64,000 nt of DNA from a candidate division WOR-3 bacterium (GTDB lineage Bacteria > Hydrothermota > Tepidihabitantia > Tepidihabitantales > Tepidihabitantaceae): assembly GCA_037441285.1 (NCBI GenBank), contig JBBISL010000006.1:33157-97156 (forward strand). The letters run 5' to 3'. Made by a program: the position numbers and the translations under genes. Of this stretch, positions 29,189-39,322 are shown in pieces. The notes under the pieces are model-generated. The model was not told the DNA's origin. It saw only the letters and a program-made list of their open reading frames with translations, and ran no database searches. How positions within the stretch are numbered: the stretch's first letter is position 1; every line of letters begins with the position of its first letter.

Positions 29189-29640
29189 GCAAACCGCTGT
29201 GCAAAAATCTGTGGATTGTTGCCCGTTCTTTTATTTTGCTTTGTTAGTACCCACTAAATCCACTTTACATTACACAACAACACACTCCCATAACTATCAT
29301 TGTGGCATAGCCTTGTTAAGAACAACACATTTACACACTACCAGCAACCACACCAAAGTTATTCTTATCAGTTAATGATGTAATACTATTGGCAATTAAA
29401 TTGGGTATTTATAATTAGTAACTATTTATAAGTAGATAATCCCATTGGTTTGTTTAAAAATTTAGTTGCATTGGTTTTTATTATTACTTTGTTTTACTGT
29501 AAATGTAAAATGCCGGCGATAGAAAGTACCAATTTGGAGCTTAAACTTTATATGTAAAAAGTTCCTGGCGCAATCTCAACCGCTCTTTTATCCAAGCAAC
29601 ATTGTTGTTGACATTTCATTTTATTTAAATATATTTTTAT
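29189..29640. other. Probable oriC (DnaA boxes plus AT-rich unwinding region)
   Basis: TGTGCAAAA 29198, TGTGGATTG 29210, ATTTACACA 29329; very AT-rich about 29360-29560; skew switches here. Confidence 0.75.
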
Positions 29641-29644
29641 TCTT

Positions 29645-30673
29645 GTGACATCGGTTCAATATATTCGCTGGAGCGAAAGCCTTGATTATGGATTCGCTGT
29701 TGGTCGGGTTCGCGCCTTAGAAACGCTGCTTCTGGACCGTAATCAGTACGAACGGCTAATACGAGCCAGCGAGGTTGAAGGGTTTGTAGCCGCCCTTGCC
29801 GAAACACGGTACGGGCAACTGATGACCTCTGAATCGGATGTCAATAAACTCCTTTTAACGGTCCACCAGGAAAACATCTCTTTCTGCCAGGAATATGCGA
29901 GGGATGCCTGGTTAAAGGGGCTGATTCAAACGCCGGCGGACATCTTCAATTTAAAGGTGATGCTAAAAAACCGCTATCGGGGAAAGAACACCCAGTCGGA
30001 TGAGTTGTTAAGCGGTGGGGGCTGGAGCGTAAAAGAGCTCAATGCGATGAGTTCCCCCGAAGTGCCTCGATTGCCCGTTGAGAAAAGAGATTTTATGCTG
30101 GCGTGGCGCCGTGCCCAGGAGGCGTTGCGGCTTGCCGAGGAGAAACAGGACCCGGCAGTGATTGACCTTGTGCTGGACCGGCTGGCGCAGGAACTAACTT
30201 TGCGCTGGACCGCAGGAAAAGATTTTGCCCTTGGTTACTACCGGCTTTTTGCCGATGTAACAAATCTCAAGACCTTAATCCGGGTAAAGGTATTAAACGA
30301 AGGTGTTGACACTTTCCGGTCCGCCTTTTTGCCCGGGGGCACAATCGCCTTTGAGCAGTTGCAACGGGTTTACGAGTTAGAACAAAGCGTCGTTAACGAA
30401 CTGCGCATCGCCCCACCTTTTTTGACCATACTTCAAGCCGGCATCCGGGTGTGGAACAACAACGAAAGCGTCTTGCCCATTGAAAAAAGAGCCCGCGAGT
30501 TACTGCTTGACTACATCAATCAAGCCCGCTATGTTGCCCTCGGTTATGAACCGCTGTGGCGCTTTTTCCTGTTGCGGGAAAACGAGTTAACCAATCTCCG
30601 GCAGCTTTACGCCGCCAAGATTGCCGGCTGGGATGTAAAACAGTGTCAAGACGTTGTTGTCTATGGCTTCTGA
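29645..30673 (+). CDS. A/V-type ATP synthase subunit C
   Basis: YGFAVGRVRALE, NLKVMLK, ENELTNLR; position in operon. Confidence 0.8.
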   Translation: MTSVQYIRWSESLDYGFAVGRVRALETLLLDRNQYERLIRASEVEGFVAALAETRYGQLMTSESDVNKLLLTVHQENISFCQEYARDAWLKGLIQTPADIFNLKVMLKNRYRGKNTQSDELLSGGGWSVKELNAMSSPEVPRLPVEKRDFMLAWRRAQEALRLAEEKQDPAVIDLVLDRLAQELTLRWTAGKDFALGYYRLFADVTNLKTLIRVKVLNEGVDTFRSAFLPGGTIAFEQLQRVYELEQSVVNELRIAPPFLTILQAGIRVWNNNESVLPIEKRARELLLDYINQARYVALGYEPLWRFFLLRENELTNLRQLYAAKIAGWDVKQCQDVVVYGF

Positions 30674-31004
30674 ACCGGGAAAGGTTGCGGTGGTTGGACC
30701 GGGCGCGGTGGTGACACCGTTCCAGGCGGTTGGACTTGAAGTATTTCCGGTTGAGGCTGGAGCCGACCCCGCCGCAGTCGTGCAAAATTTAATCAAGACC
30801 GGATACCAGTTGATATTCTTTACCGACGACCTGACCGAGCGGTTGCAACCACTAATCGAAAAGTTTCACAACACCGCCTTGCCCTGTCTGGTGGCGCTTC
30901 CTTTTACCGGCACCGATGTGGGCGAGGCGCGGTTGCGTGCCGCGGTACGCCGTGCCTGTGGTGCCGATGTACTCGGCGTTAGGATGGGGGAGAGTTATGA
31001 GTGA
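30663..31004 (+). CDS. A/V-type ATP synthase subunit F
   Basis: KVAVVG...FQAVGLE...RRACGADVL. Confidence 0.8.
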   Translation: MASEPGKVAVVGPGAVVTPFQAVGLEVFPVEAGADPAAVVQNLIKTGYQLIFFTDDLTERLQPLIEKFHNTALPCLVALPFTGTDVGEARLRAAVRRACGADVLGVRMGESYE

Positions 31005-32772
31005 GACTACCGGAACCATCGTTCGGGTGTCAGGACCGCTCGTGGTTGCGCGCGGGATGACCGGTTCCAAGATGTACGATGTCGTGCGTGTTTCCGAGAA
31101 GCGTTTGCTAGGCGAAATCATTCAGCTGCGCGGTGACGAAGCGGCGATTCAGGTTTATGAGGAAACCGCCGGCATCGGTCCGGGTGAACCGGTTTATCCA
31201 ACCTACGAGCCGCTCTCGGTGGAACTGGGTCCCGGGCTTCTCGAAACGATTTATGATGGCGTGCAAAGGCCCTTAAACCTGATTCAGGAGAAGGCGGGCT
31301 ACTTTATCACCCGCGGCATTGAGGTACCGGCTCTGTCCCGGGAACGGAAATGGCATTTTGTCCCTACCTGTAAGAAGGGTGATAAGGTTGGACCCGGTGA
31401 TGTTATCGGCGAAGTAGCCGAGACCGTTTTAGTTAAGCATCGGATATTGGTGCCGCCCGGAGTTCAGGGAACAGTACGGGAAATTAGCGAAGGAGATTTT
31501 TGTGTTACCGATACGGTGGCGGTACTGGAAAACGAAGACGGGGAACGCCGTTTAACAATGTTGCAGCGCTGGCCGGTGCGGCAGCCCCGCCCGGTGCGAC
31601 GACGCCTGGCACCGGATGAGCCGCTTCTAACCGGGCAAAGGATTATCGACACCTTTTTCCCGATTGCCAAAGGTGGTACCGCTTGTGTACCGGGACCGTT
31701 TGGGTCGGGAAAAACGGTCATTCAGCACCAGTTTGCCAAATGGTCTGACGCCGAAATTGTGATTTTTGTTGGCTGTGGAGAACGGGGCAATGAGATGACC
31801 GATGTCCTTCTGGAGTTTCCCGAACTGAAAGACCCCAAGAGCGGTGAACCATTGATGAAGCGGACGGTGCTGATTGCCAACACTTCAAATATGCCGGTGG
31901 CGGCACGGGAGGCTTCGGTTTACACCGCCATCACCATCGGTGAATACTTCCGTGACATGGGGTATTCAGTTGCGCTCCAGGCCGATTCAACATCGCGCTG
32001 GGCTGAGGCGATGCGCGAGATTTCGGGACGGCTTGAAGAGATGCCGGGCGAAGAGGGGTATCCGGCGTACCTTGCCACCCGGATTGCTGAGTTCTACGAA
32101 CGCGCCGGCCGGGTAACCTGTCTTGGTAAATACCAAGGGAAGGAGATGGAAGGCGCTCTGACCGTGATTGGTTCGGTTTCACCGCCCGGCGGCGACCTTA
32201 ACGACCCGGTGGTACAGGCGACTTTGCGGGTTGTCAAGGTGTTCTGGTCGCTTGAGGACAAACTGGCATTCCAGCGGCACTTTCCCGCCATCTCTTGGCT
32301 CCGTTCCTATTCGCTCTACACCAATGCGATTGCTGATGCGATGGCAAAACGAGCCGAGCCGGAGTTTAACGAAAACGCCCGGCGTGCCCTTGCCCTGCTC
32401 CAGAAGGAGGCAGAACTGGAGGAGATTGTCCGTCTGGTGGGGAAGGACACCCTTTCCGCTGAAGACCGTCTCATCTTAGAGGTCGCCCGTTCCCTGCGCG
32501 AAGACTTTCTCCATCAGAACGCCTTCCACGACACCGACACCTACACCTCGCTTGAAAAGCAGGCGGCAATGCTAAAGGTGATAATGAGATTTTACGGCCT
32601 GGCACAGCAGGCTTTGAACCGCGGGGCGGAGATAAACCAGATTGAGAAACTTGCGGTGCGGGAGCGTATCGCCCGAATGAAGTTTGTCGCCGAGGCGGAG
32701 TTTGATGCCGCGGTTCAGAATATTCAACGGCAGATGGAGGCGGAAATAAACGGATTAACCGGAAAGGTATGA
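30997..32772 (+). CDS. atpA: A/V-type ATP synthase subunit A
   Basis: [40 protein letters not shown] 30997. Confidence 0.95.
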   Translation: MSETTGTIVRVSGPLVVARGMTGSKMYDVVRVSEKRLLGEIIQLRGDEAAIQVYEETAGIGPGEPVYPTYEPLSVELGPGLLETIYDGVQRPLNLIQEKAGYFITRGIEVPALSRERKWHFVPTCKKGDKVGPGDVIGEVAETVLVKHRILVPPGVQGTVREISEGDFCVTDTVAVLENEDGERRLTMLQRWPVRQPRPVRRRLAPDEPLLTGQRIIDTFFPIAKGGTACVPGPFGSGKTVIQHQFAKWSDAEIVIFVGCGERGNEMTDVLLEFPELKDPKSGEPLMKRTVLIANTSNMPVAAREASVYTAITIGEYFRDMGYSVALQADSTSRWAEAMREISGRLEEMPGEEGYPAYLATRIAEFYERAGRVTCLGKYQGKEMEGALTVIGSVSPPGGDLNDPVVQATLRVVKVFWSLEDKLAFQRHFPAISWLRSYSLYTNAIADAMAKRAEPEFNENARRALALLQKEAELEEIVRLVGKDTLSAEDRLILEVARSLREDFLHQNAFHDTDTYTSLEKQAAMLKVIMRFYGLAQQALNRGAEINQIEKLAVRERIARMKFVAEAEFDAAVQNIQRQMEAEINGLTGKV

Positions 32773-34148
32773 TTAAAGAGTATCAAACTGTTCACTCAAT
32801 TGCCGGTCCCCTGATGGTCGTTGAAGGGGTTGCCGGGGTCAAGTATGCGGAACTGGTCGAAATCAGCCTGCCCAATGGGGAAAAGCGTCGGGGCCAGGTT
32901 CTGGAAGCCGACCGGGACCGGGCGCTGATTCAGGTTTTTGAAGGCACAAGCGGCATCGATGTGCCGCGGGCAAAGGTGCGGTTTCTTGCCCGCGGGATTG
33001 AGCTGGCGCTGTCTGAAGAGATGCTGGGCAGGGTTTTCAGCGGTTTAGGCGAGCCGCGTGATGGTGGGCCAAGGGTTATACCCGAAAAGCGTGCCGACAT
33101 CAACGGCGCACCAATCAACCCCTACTCCCGCGAGTATCCCAACGAGTTTATTCAGACTGGAATTTCGGCGATTGACGGGTTGAATACCCTGGTGCGGGGT
33201 CAAAAACTCCCGATATTTTCGGGTACCGGCTTGCCCCACAACCGGCTTGCGGCTCAGATTGCCCGACAGGCACGCGTGCTCGGTAGCGAGGAGTCGTTCG
33301 CGGTGGTGTTTGCCGCGATGGGGATTACTTTTGAAGAAGCCGACTTCTTTATTCAAAGCTTCACCGCATCCGGAGCCATCGAACGCACAGTGCTCTTTCT
33401 CAACCTGGCAAACGAACCGGCGATTGAACGCATTGCCACCCCGCGCACCGCGCTGACCGCGGCTGAATATCTGGCGTTTGACCTCGGGATGCATGTCCTT
33501 GTGATTCTAACCGATATGACCAACTACTGTGAGGCGTTGCGTGAGATATCGGCGGCGCGCAAAGAGATTCCAGGACGCCGAGGTTACCCGGGTTATCTCT
33601 ACACCGACCTGGCATCGATCTATGAGCGTTGCGGCCGAATTAAAGGTCGTGAAGGTTCGATTACGATGATGCCGATTTTGACGATGCCGGAGGATGACAA
33701 GACCCATCCAATTCCCGACCTCACCGGTTACATCACGGAAGGGCAGATAATTTTGTCCCGGGCTTTGCACCACAAAGGGATTGCCCCGCCGATTGATGTC
33801 CTGCCCTCGCTGTCTCGTTTGAAGGACAAGGGTATCGGCGCGGGCAAAACGCGCGAGGACCATGCCGACCTTTTTAATCAACTCTATGCGTGCTATGCGC
33901 GGGGCAAGGAAGCAGAGGAGCTGGAGGTGATTTTAGGGGAGGCAGCGCTTTCTGAATCAGACCGGGTATATCTTAAATTTGCCCAGGTTTTTGAAGAAAG
34001 GTACATTGCCCAGGGCGAATATGAAAACCGGACGATTGAGCAGACGCTGGATTTGGGCTGGGAACTGTTGACGATGTTTCCCCGCGCCGAATTGAAGCGG
34101 GTACGCGAAGCGTACCTTGATAAATACTATCACCCCAAGAACCAGTAA
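32769..34148 (+). CDS. atpB: A/V-type ATP synthase subunit B
   Basis: [38 protein letters not shown]. Confidence 0.95.
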   Translation: MIKEYQTVHSIAGPLMVVEGVAGVKYAELVEISLPNGEKRRGQVLEADRDRALIQVFEGTSGIDVPRAKVRFLARGIELALSEEMLGRVFSGLGEPRDGGPRVIPEKRADINGAPINPYSREYPNEFIQTGISAIDGLNTLVRGQKLPIFSGTGLPHNRLAAQIARQARVLGSEESFAVVFAAMGITFEEADFFIQSFTASGAIERTVLFLNLANEPAIERIATPRTALTAAEYLAFDLGMHVLVILTDMTNYCEALREISAARKEIPGRRGYPGYLYTDLASIYERCGRIKGREGSITMMPILTMPEDDKTHPIPDLTGYITEGQIILSRALHHKGIAPPIDVLPSLSRLKDKGIGAGKTREDHADLFNQLYACYARGKEAEELEVILGEAALSESDRVYLKFAQVFEERYIAQGEYENRTIEQTLDLGWELLTMFPRAELKRVREAYLDKYYHPKNQ

Positions 34149-34209
34149 GACCCCTTAAATAGTTGACAATCTTATTTTAAATCGTTATTATGGCGCTGGA
34201 GTCATTGAG

Positions 34210-36414
34210 GTGGCGCGCACAAGGCCTAAAAGAAAAAAGGCTGGTCTGGCTTTTACCAATATCGCCATCCAACCCGGTGATATTGTGGTAGTGTTAGACC
34301 AGAATGGTCGGGTCGTTGAGTGGAACGATGAGGCGGAGCGGGTTTTAGGGTTCAGTGCTGAGGAGGTTAAAGGTCAGCCCTGGGCGGCGTTGTTTCCTAA
34401 CTCCGGCTTGGATATAAAATCAGTCCTAACCGGAAAAGAGTTTGCCAACGGTTTTGAAGCCCGACGCAAAGACACCGCCCGGGTTGGGCTCTATTTTTAT
34501 GCAACGGTGGTGCGTAACGACCGAGGAATGGTTGATGGCGTGGTGTGTGTCGGGCGGGATGTCACCCATTTCTGGCATCCGCATGAGCAGGTTGAGGAGA
34601 TTGAAAGGAGATTCGCTACCCTTACCGAACTGACAACCGATGCGGTAATGATACTTACTTCCCGGGGCCGGATTGTCAAAGCAAACGATGCCGCTGCCAA
34701 ACTGCTCACGGTCCCGAATCCGGAATTCCTTGTTGGCAGAGAAATAACTGATTTTACCGAGTCTGCAACCAAGTCGGAACTGGCTGCCTTTCGCAACATC
34801 CTATTCCGGCAGGGCCAGCATAATGGGGTAATCAGGGTCAAGACATCTTCGGGAGAAGTCAAGCAGATTGCGGTGCGGGCTGCGGTCGTCGAAGGCGCAC
34901 GGGAGTGGCACATTATCGTTGCGGGCCGGGACATAACCGAAGAGGTTACCGCAAGGACCGCAGAAATCTTGGCGGAAGAAAAGTTTCGCCGGCTGTTTGA
35001 AGCCAGCCCAACCCCGCTGTTCCTTGAGACGGTGGACGGCACGATTATCGATGTAAATGTTAAGGGTGTTGAACTGTTCCAAACGTCCCGCGAGGCGTTG
35101 ATCGGCAAAAAGATGCGGGACTTGGTTCCCGATGATGTTAAGCCCCTTTTCCCGGAAATTCGAGCGATTCTTTTTGACCAGGGTGAGTTTCACGTCAATG
35201 TCGTATCAACGACACCGGATGGCCGCCGCATCTGGGTAGATGTTGCGGCAACACTTATTGAGGTTGGCGGTAAGGGTTTTATTCTCCTTAATATGAGGGA
35301 TATCACCAAAGAGCGTGAACTTCTTGAGAAATTGAAGGAGAATGAGGCCCGGCTCGAGCTGTTATTTCGCTCAATTCCCGCATTCGTCTGGACCACCGAT
35401 AAGGAGCTTCATATCACCTCGGCACTCGGTTCCGCCCTGAGTAAACTGGGATTAAACCCCGAGGAGCTGACAGGTAAAAATTGCCAGGAGTTCTTTAAAT
35501 ACCCTCAGGTCATTGAGGCGCATCACCGGGCGCTGAAAGGTGAGTTGGCCAACATTGACTTTACCTATCAGGGGCGGAGTTATCAGGGTCAAGTTGAACC
35601 CTTACGAAACGGTGAAGGGGTGCTGGTCGGCGTTGTCGGTGTTGCCCAGGATGTTACTGAAATCCGACAGGTTGAAGCCGAAGCAGAGGAAAAAATGGTT
35701 GCCTGCCAGACCGTGATGAACACCGCCCCAATCGGCATCGGCGTCCACCAGGATGGCAGGGTGGTGATGGTCAATCCGGCTGGGGCGCGCATACTCGGTT
35801 ATGACGACCCGGCTGAAGTTATCGGGATGAATGTTATTGAGATTGTCCACCCTGATGACCGGCAACTGGCAATTAAGCGGATAAGGGATGTTATTGAACA
35901 GGGCAAAGTTGGTGCCCCGGTTGAAGAAAGGTTTCGGCGGCGGGATGGCAGTTATATAACCGTCGAGGTTGTCAACGCGCCGTTCACCTGGAAGGGTCGA
36001 CCTGCGGTACTGGTTGTGGTTCGGGATTTGACTGGAGAAAAATGGTTAACTCGGGAAGCGGAAGAAGCCTGGTTCCACGCCCGGGCGATTCTGGAAACGG
36101 CGCCGCACGGTATCGCCGCCCAAACCGAAGGGCGTATTGTTTTTGCCAACCCGGCGTTTGCGCGGCTGTTTGGTTATTCGCTAAACGAATTAATCGGCAG
36201 GCCCATAAAAGACCTTATTCCCGAATACGAGGAAAAAAGAGTGACCGAGTACGCCGATAACCGATTGAAAGGTAAAGCTGCACCTGTCCAGTACCAGGCA
36301 GATGGGAGACGTAAAGATGGCACAAGCTTCCGGCTCAAAGCCGAGGTGACTACCTATGAGATAGGGGGCAAGCGGTATGTGCTTGGTTTCATTACCGCCA
36401 TCTCGCCCGATTGA
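34210..36414 (+). CDS. Multi-PAS (about 6 PAS/PAC) protein with no output domain
   Basis: Repeated G.IV..N...G and xRDIT/DVT motifs; ends immediately after the last PAS. Confidence 0.8.
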   Translation: MARTRPKRKKAGLAFTNIAIQPGDIVVVLDQNGRVVEWNDEAERVLGFSAEEVKGQPWAALFPNSGLDIKSVLTGKEFANGFEARRKDTARVGLYFYATVVRNDRGMVDGVVCVGRDVTHFWHPHEQVEEIERRFATLTELTTDAVMILTSRGRIVKANDAAAKLLTVPNPEFLVGREITDFTESATKSELAAFRNILFRQGQHNGVIRVKTSSGEVKQIAVRAAVVEGAREWHIIVAGRDITEEVTARTAEILAEEKFRRLFEASPTPLFLETVDGTIIDVNVKGVELFQTSREALIGKKMRDLVPDDVKPLFPEIRAILFDQGEFHVNVVSTTPDGRRIWVDVAATLIEVGGKGFILLNMRDITKERELLEKLKENEARLELLFRSIPAFVWTTDKELHITSALGSALSKLGLNPEELTGKNCQEFFKYPQVIEAHHRALKGELANIDFTYQGRSYQGQVEPLRNGEGVLVGVVGVAQDVTEIRQVEAEAEEKMVACQTVMNTAPIGIGVHQDGRVVMVNPAGARILGYDDPAEVIGMNVIEIVHPDDRQLAIKRIRDVIEQGKVGAPVEERFRRRDGSYITVEVVNAPFTWKGRPAVLVVVRDLTGEKWLTREAEEAWFHARAILETAPHGIAAQTEGRIVFANPAFARLFGYSLNELIGRPIKDLIPEYEEKRVTEYADNRLKGKAAPVQYQADGRRKDGTSFRLKAEVTTYEIGGKRYVLGFITAISPD

Positions 36415-36446
36415 CACAAGATAAACTTTAAGTAAAATTGCTTAAT

Positions 36447-38270
36447 ATGTTGAGTACAATGCGCAAACGCGTTAAGGTTATTATGTTTATTGTCGCGGCG
36501 GCATTTATCGCCGGTTTTCTGATGAGCGAACTGTGGCAGCTTATCCGCTACCGGGAACGGGGAAGCCGGCGTCAAATCCTATCGGGTGGCGTTGGTCAGG
36601 TGGACAAACAGACCATTGGATTTGACGATTATCGCCAGGTGCGTGAGTTCATTACCCAGAAGTATCGAAAGGATAGTCTGTTCCGCGACCTGACAAATGA
36701 AGACGAGACGCGGATTGAGCATCTTGCCTGGGATTATCTAATTCAGGAGATGACCTGGAATAAGGTGTTGAAGGAGTCAAAGTTGAACATCACTGAGGGC
36801 GAACTGGAGTGGATTATCACCCATTTCCCACCCCAGGCGCTGCAGAATAACCCTGATTTGATGACCGATGGTAAGTTTGACACCACGAAGTATCTACAGG
36901 CGCTGCAGAACCCGCAGAACCGGCCATTTTTTGCTCAATATGCCCGGGAGATTTATGAGCAGTTGCGGCCCCAGAAGTTGCAGATGTATGTTGCCGGCGC
37001 ACTGGTCGTGAGTGATGCCGAGGTGGAAGATGCCCTCGCCCGGACGAATGCAATTGTCAGCGTGACTGCCCTGCGTTTTGGACCCGGGTCACTCACGGAA
37101 GAGGAGAAGAAGTTTGAGCCCACCGAGGCTGAGATGCGCGCCTATTATCGTGCTCACCTGAAAGATTATCAGCCCAAGGAAGAGATTCGGGAAGCGCGGT
37201 TTGTGTTCTTTCCTTTTGGTGTAAATGCCCAAGATTCGATTGCGGCGCGCGAGCGCATCGATGAGGCTTATCGTCGGCTGCAGGCGGCAGACCCGGCAAG
37301 TATCCGCGATAGTTTTGAAATGGTGTCCTACACCTTTGGTGATTTTGAGCCTGAGACCGCGGCAGTTGCCTTAACCCCCAGCCAGTTTTTTCCCGCAACC
37401 GAATCGGTGGTTCGGCGCTTAAAACCGGGTCAGTTTAGCCGACCGGTTGTTGCGGAAAATGGCTGGCAGATTATCTTTCTTGACAGCATCCGAAACGACA
37501 CCTTCTGGGTTCGGCGTATCCGGACGCGAATCCGGCCCGACGAGACGCGGGAACTGGCACTCCTTGACCAGGTGAAGGCTTTTATCGACCAGGCGCAGGC
37601 AGACAATTTTGACTCGGTAGCAGCGCGGCAGGGGTTGACCATTGCCCCAACACCGGCTCGGGTGGTGGGAAAAAAGAAGTTGAACTGGGCGGTGGAGATT
37701 TACAACCCAGGACAACTGGTTGAGTGGGCGCGGGAGGCAAAAGAGGGTGATATCCTTGATGTACCGCTACGCGGTCCCTACGGCTTTTATGTGTTCCAGC
37801 TCGCCCGGATTGTCCCGGTCAAGCCGGCACCGTTTGAACAGGTGAAACAAGCGGTGCTCTGGAAATTGCGTCAGGAGGAACAGAAGAAACTGTGGCGTAA
37901 AAAGGCACAGGATGCGGTTGCCGAAATCAAGGCGGGAAAGACGCTGGAACAGTATGGGAGCGAGCATCCCGGGGTTGATTTGATTCAAGAAGAGGTCAAG
38001 GGAATATATGACTACCTGGCGCGGGGCAGGTATGGCGCGGAGTTCGTATATGCGGCGCTGGCACTGGAACCCGCACAGATTGCCGGTCCGATTGAAACCA
38101 ACTGGGCCAGTTTTATCATCCGCTGTGATAGCAGACAGCAAACCGAACCGCCGGTTATGACGGCGGAAAAGTATGTCGAACAGAAACAGCAGCGTCTGTT
38201 TCAGGAGTTGTGGCAGAATATTACCGAGGAGCCAGAATCAAGAGACTTACGCCTGTTTCGGGGACATTGA
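36447..38270 (+). CDS. PpiD/SurA-like periplasmic chaperone / parvulin PPIase
   Basis: N-terminal TM anchor, SurA-N-like region (GKFDTTKYLQAL), rotamase-like segments. Confidence 0.75.
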   Translation: MLSTMRKRVKVIMFIVAAAFIAGFLMSELWQLIRYRERGSRRQILSGGVGQVDKQTIGFDDYRQVREFITQKYRKDSLFRDLTNEDETRIEHLAWDYLIQEMTWNKVLKESKLNITEGELEWIITHFPPQALQNNPDLMTDGKFDTTKYLQALQNPQNRPFFAQYAREIYEQLRPQKLQMYVAGALVVSDAEVEDALARTNAIVSVTALRFGPGSLTEEEKKFEPTEAEMRAYYRAHLKDYQPKEEIREARFVFFPFGVNAQDSIAARERIDEAYRRLQAADPASIRDSFEMVSYTFGDFEPETAAVALTPSQFFPATESVVRRLKPGQFSRPVVAENGWQIIFLDSIRNDTFWVRRIRTRIRPDETRELALLDQVKAFIDQAQADNFDSVAARQGLTIAPTPARVVGKKKLNWAVEIYNPGQLVEWAREAKEGDILDVPLRGPYGFYVFQLARIVPVKPAPFEQVKQAVLWKLRQEEQKKLWRKKAQDAVAEIKAGKTLEQYGSEHPGVDLIQEEVKGIYDYLARGRYGAEFVYAALALEPAQIAGPIETNWASFIIRCDSRQQTEPPVMTAEKYVEQKQQRLFQELWQNITEEPESRDLRLFRGH

Positions 38271-38319
38271 CACAGGGCGGTTTTAAATTAATATTATATT
38301 TAAGGGTGATGGGCCAAAG

Positions 38320-38392
38320 GGCCCCATCGTCTAGCGGTTTAGGACATCACTCTTTCAAGGTGAAGGCACCGGTTCGACTCCGGTTGGGGCCA
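38320..38392 (+). tRNA. tRNA-Glu(TTC)
   Basis: GGCCCCA/TGGGGCC acceptor stem; anticodon loop CTTTCAA. Confidence 0.95.
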
Positions 38393-38411
38393 TCTGGTTG
38401 CGGTTTTGAGT

Positions 38412-38484
38412 GCGGGAGTAGCTCAGCTGGTAGAGCATCACCTTGCCAAGGTGGGGGTCGCGGGTTCAAATCCCGTCTCCCGCT
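38412..38484 (+). tRNA. tRNA-Gly(GCC)
   Basis: GCGGGAG/CTCCCGC; loop TTGCCAA. Confidence 0.95.
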
Positions 38485-38491
38485 TTTTTCT

Positions 38492-38563
38492 GGCGGCATA
38501 GCCAAGTAGCAAGGCAGCGGTCTGCAAAACCGCAATTCCGGGGTGCAAATCCCCGTGCCGCCT
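38492..38563 (+). tRNA. tRNA-Cys(GCA)
   Basis: GGCGGCA/TGCCGCC; loop CTGCAAA. Confidence 0.9.
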
Positions 38564-38574
38564 TTGGCTTGTTT

Positions 38575-38661
38575 GCCGGGGTGGCGGAATAGGCAGACGC
38601 AAGGGACTTAAAATCCCTTGACCCATTTAGGGTCGTGCCGGTTCGACTCCGGCCTCCGGCA
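38575..38661 (+). tRNA. tRNA-Leu(TAA)
   Basis: GCCGGGG/CTCCGGC; loop CTTAAAA; long variable arm. Confidence 0.95.
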
Positions 38662-38679
38662 CCTTGCCGGAAATAGATT

Positions 38680-38752
38680 GGGCCGTTAGCTCAGCAGGCA
38701 GAGCACCTGGTTTTTAACCCGGTGGCCGCAGGTTCGAATCCTGCACGGCCCA
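38680..38752 (+). tRNA. tRNA-Lys(TTT)
   Basis: GGGCCGT/ACGGCCC; loop TTTTTAA. Confidence 0.9.
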
Positions 38753-38805
38753 TTTTGGCGGGATAGGCTTGATTTTTTAACCGGAGTCGGGTAGATTTAA
38801 CGCAG

Positions 38806-39309
38806 GTGAAAAACAACCAGTCACGCACGGGCGGAAAATCGGGAAAACCGCGCTTCTATTGTGATGTTATGCTGGGTAAACTGGCACAGAAGTTACGGCT
38901 GTATGGTCTGGATGTTCGGTACGAACGGAACCGAAGCGGGATTGCGGCGTATCGCGATGCCCGCGCTGAAGGCAGGGTTTTTCTGACCCGCAATCGGCGA
39001 TTGCAAAAGTTGCCCGGGGTGATGCTAGTTCAGAGCGAGAAACCGGCAGAACAGGTTGAAGAGTTAAAACCCCAGCTCGGTTTGGAACAGGTTGTCTTAG
39101 AAAAGAAGGAGGAAACCGGACTGCTATCCCGGTGTTTGGTTTGCAATGAGCCACTGGCAAGGATAAGCCGGGATGAGGCAAGGCCCGCAGTGCCATTTTT
39201 TATTTATCAAATTCATTATGAGTTTCGGCGCTGTCCTAAATGCCGGAGGATTTACTGGCCCGGAAGCCATGTAGAAGATATGTTGAAAAATATCAAGGGA
39301 AAAGGTTAA
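38806..39309 (+). CDS. Mut7-C RNase domain protein
   Basis: FYCDVMLGKLA..LRLYG, RCLVCN, CPKCRRIYWPGSH. Confidence 0.85.
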   Translation: MKNNQSRTGGKSGKPRFYCDVMLGKLAQKLRLYGLDVRYERNRSGIAAYRDARAEGRVFLTRNRRLQKLPGVMLVQSEKPAEQVEELKPQLGLEQVVLEKKEETGLLSRCLVCNEPLARISRDEARPAVPFFIYQIHYEFRRCPKCRRIYWPGSHVEDMLKNIKGKG

Positions 39310-39322
39310 AAGGAGGAGTTTT

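Noticed and set aside
35187..35200. Second parS (GTTTCACGTCAATG)
   Set aside because: Only a half-site; the palindrome is broken
38210..38626. ORFs over the tRNA cluster
   Set aside because: Chance translations of tRNA genes
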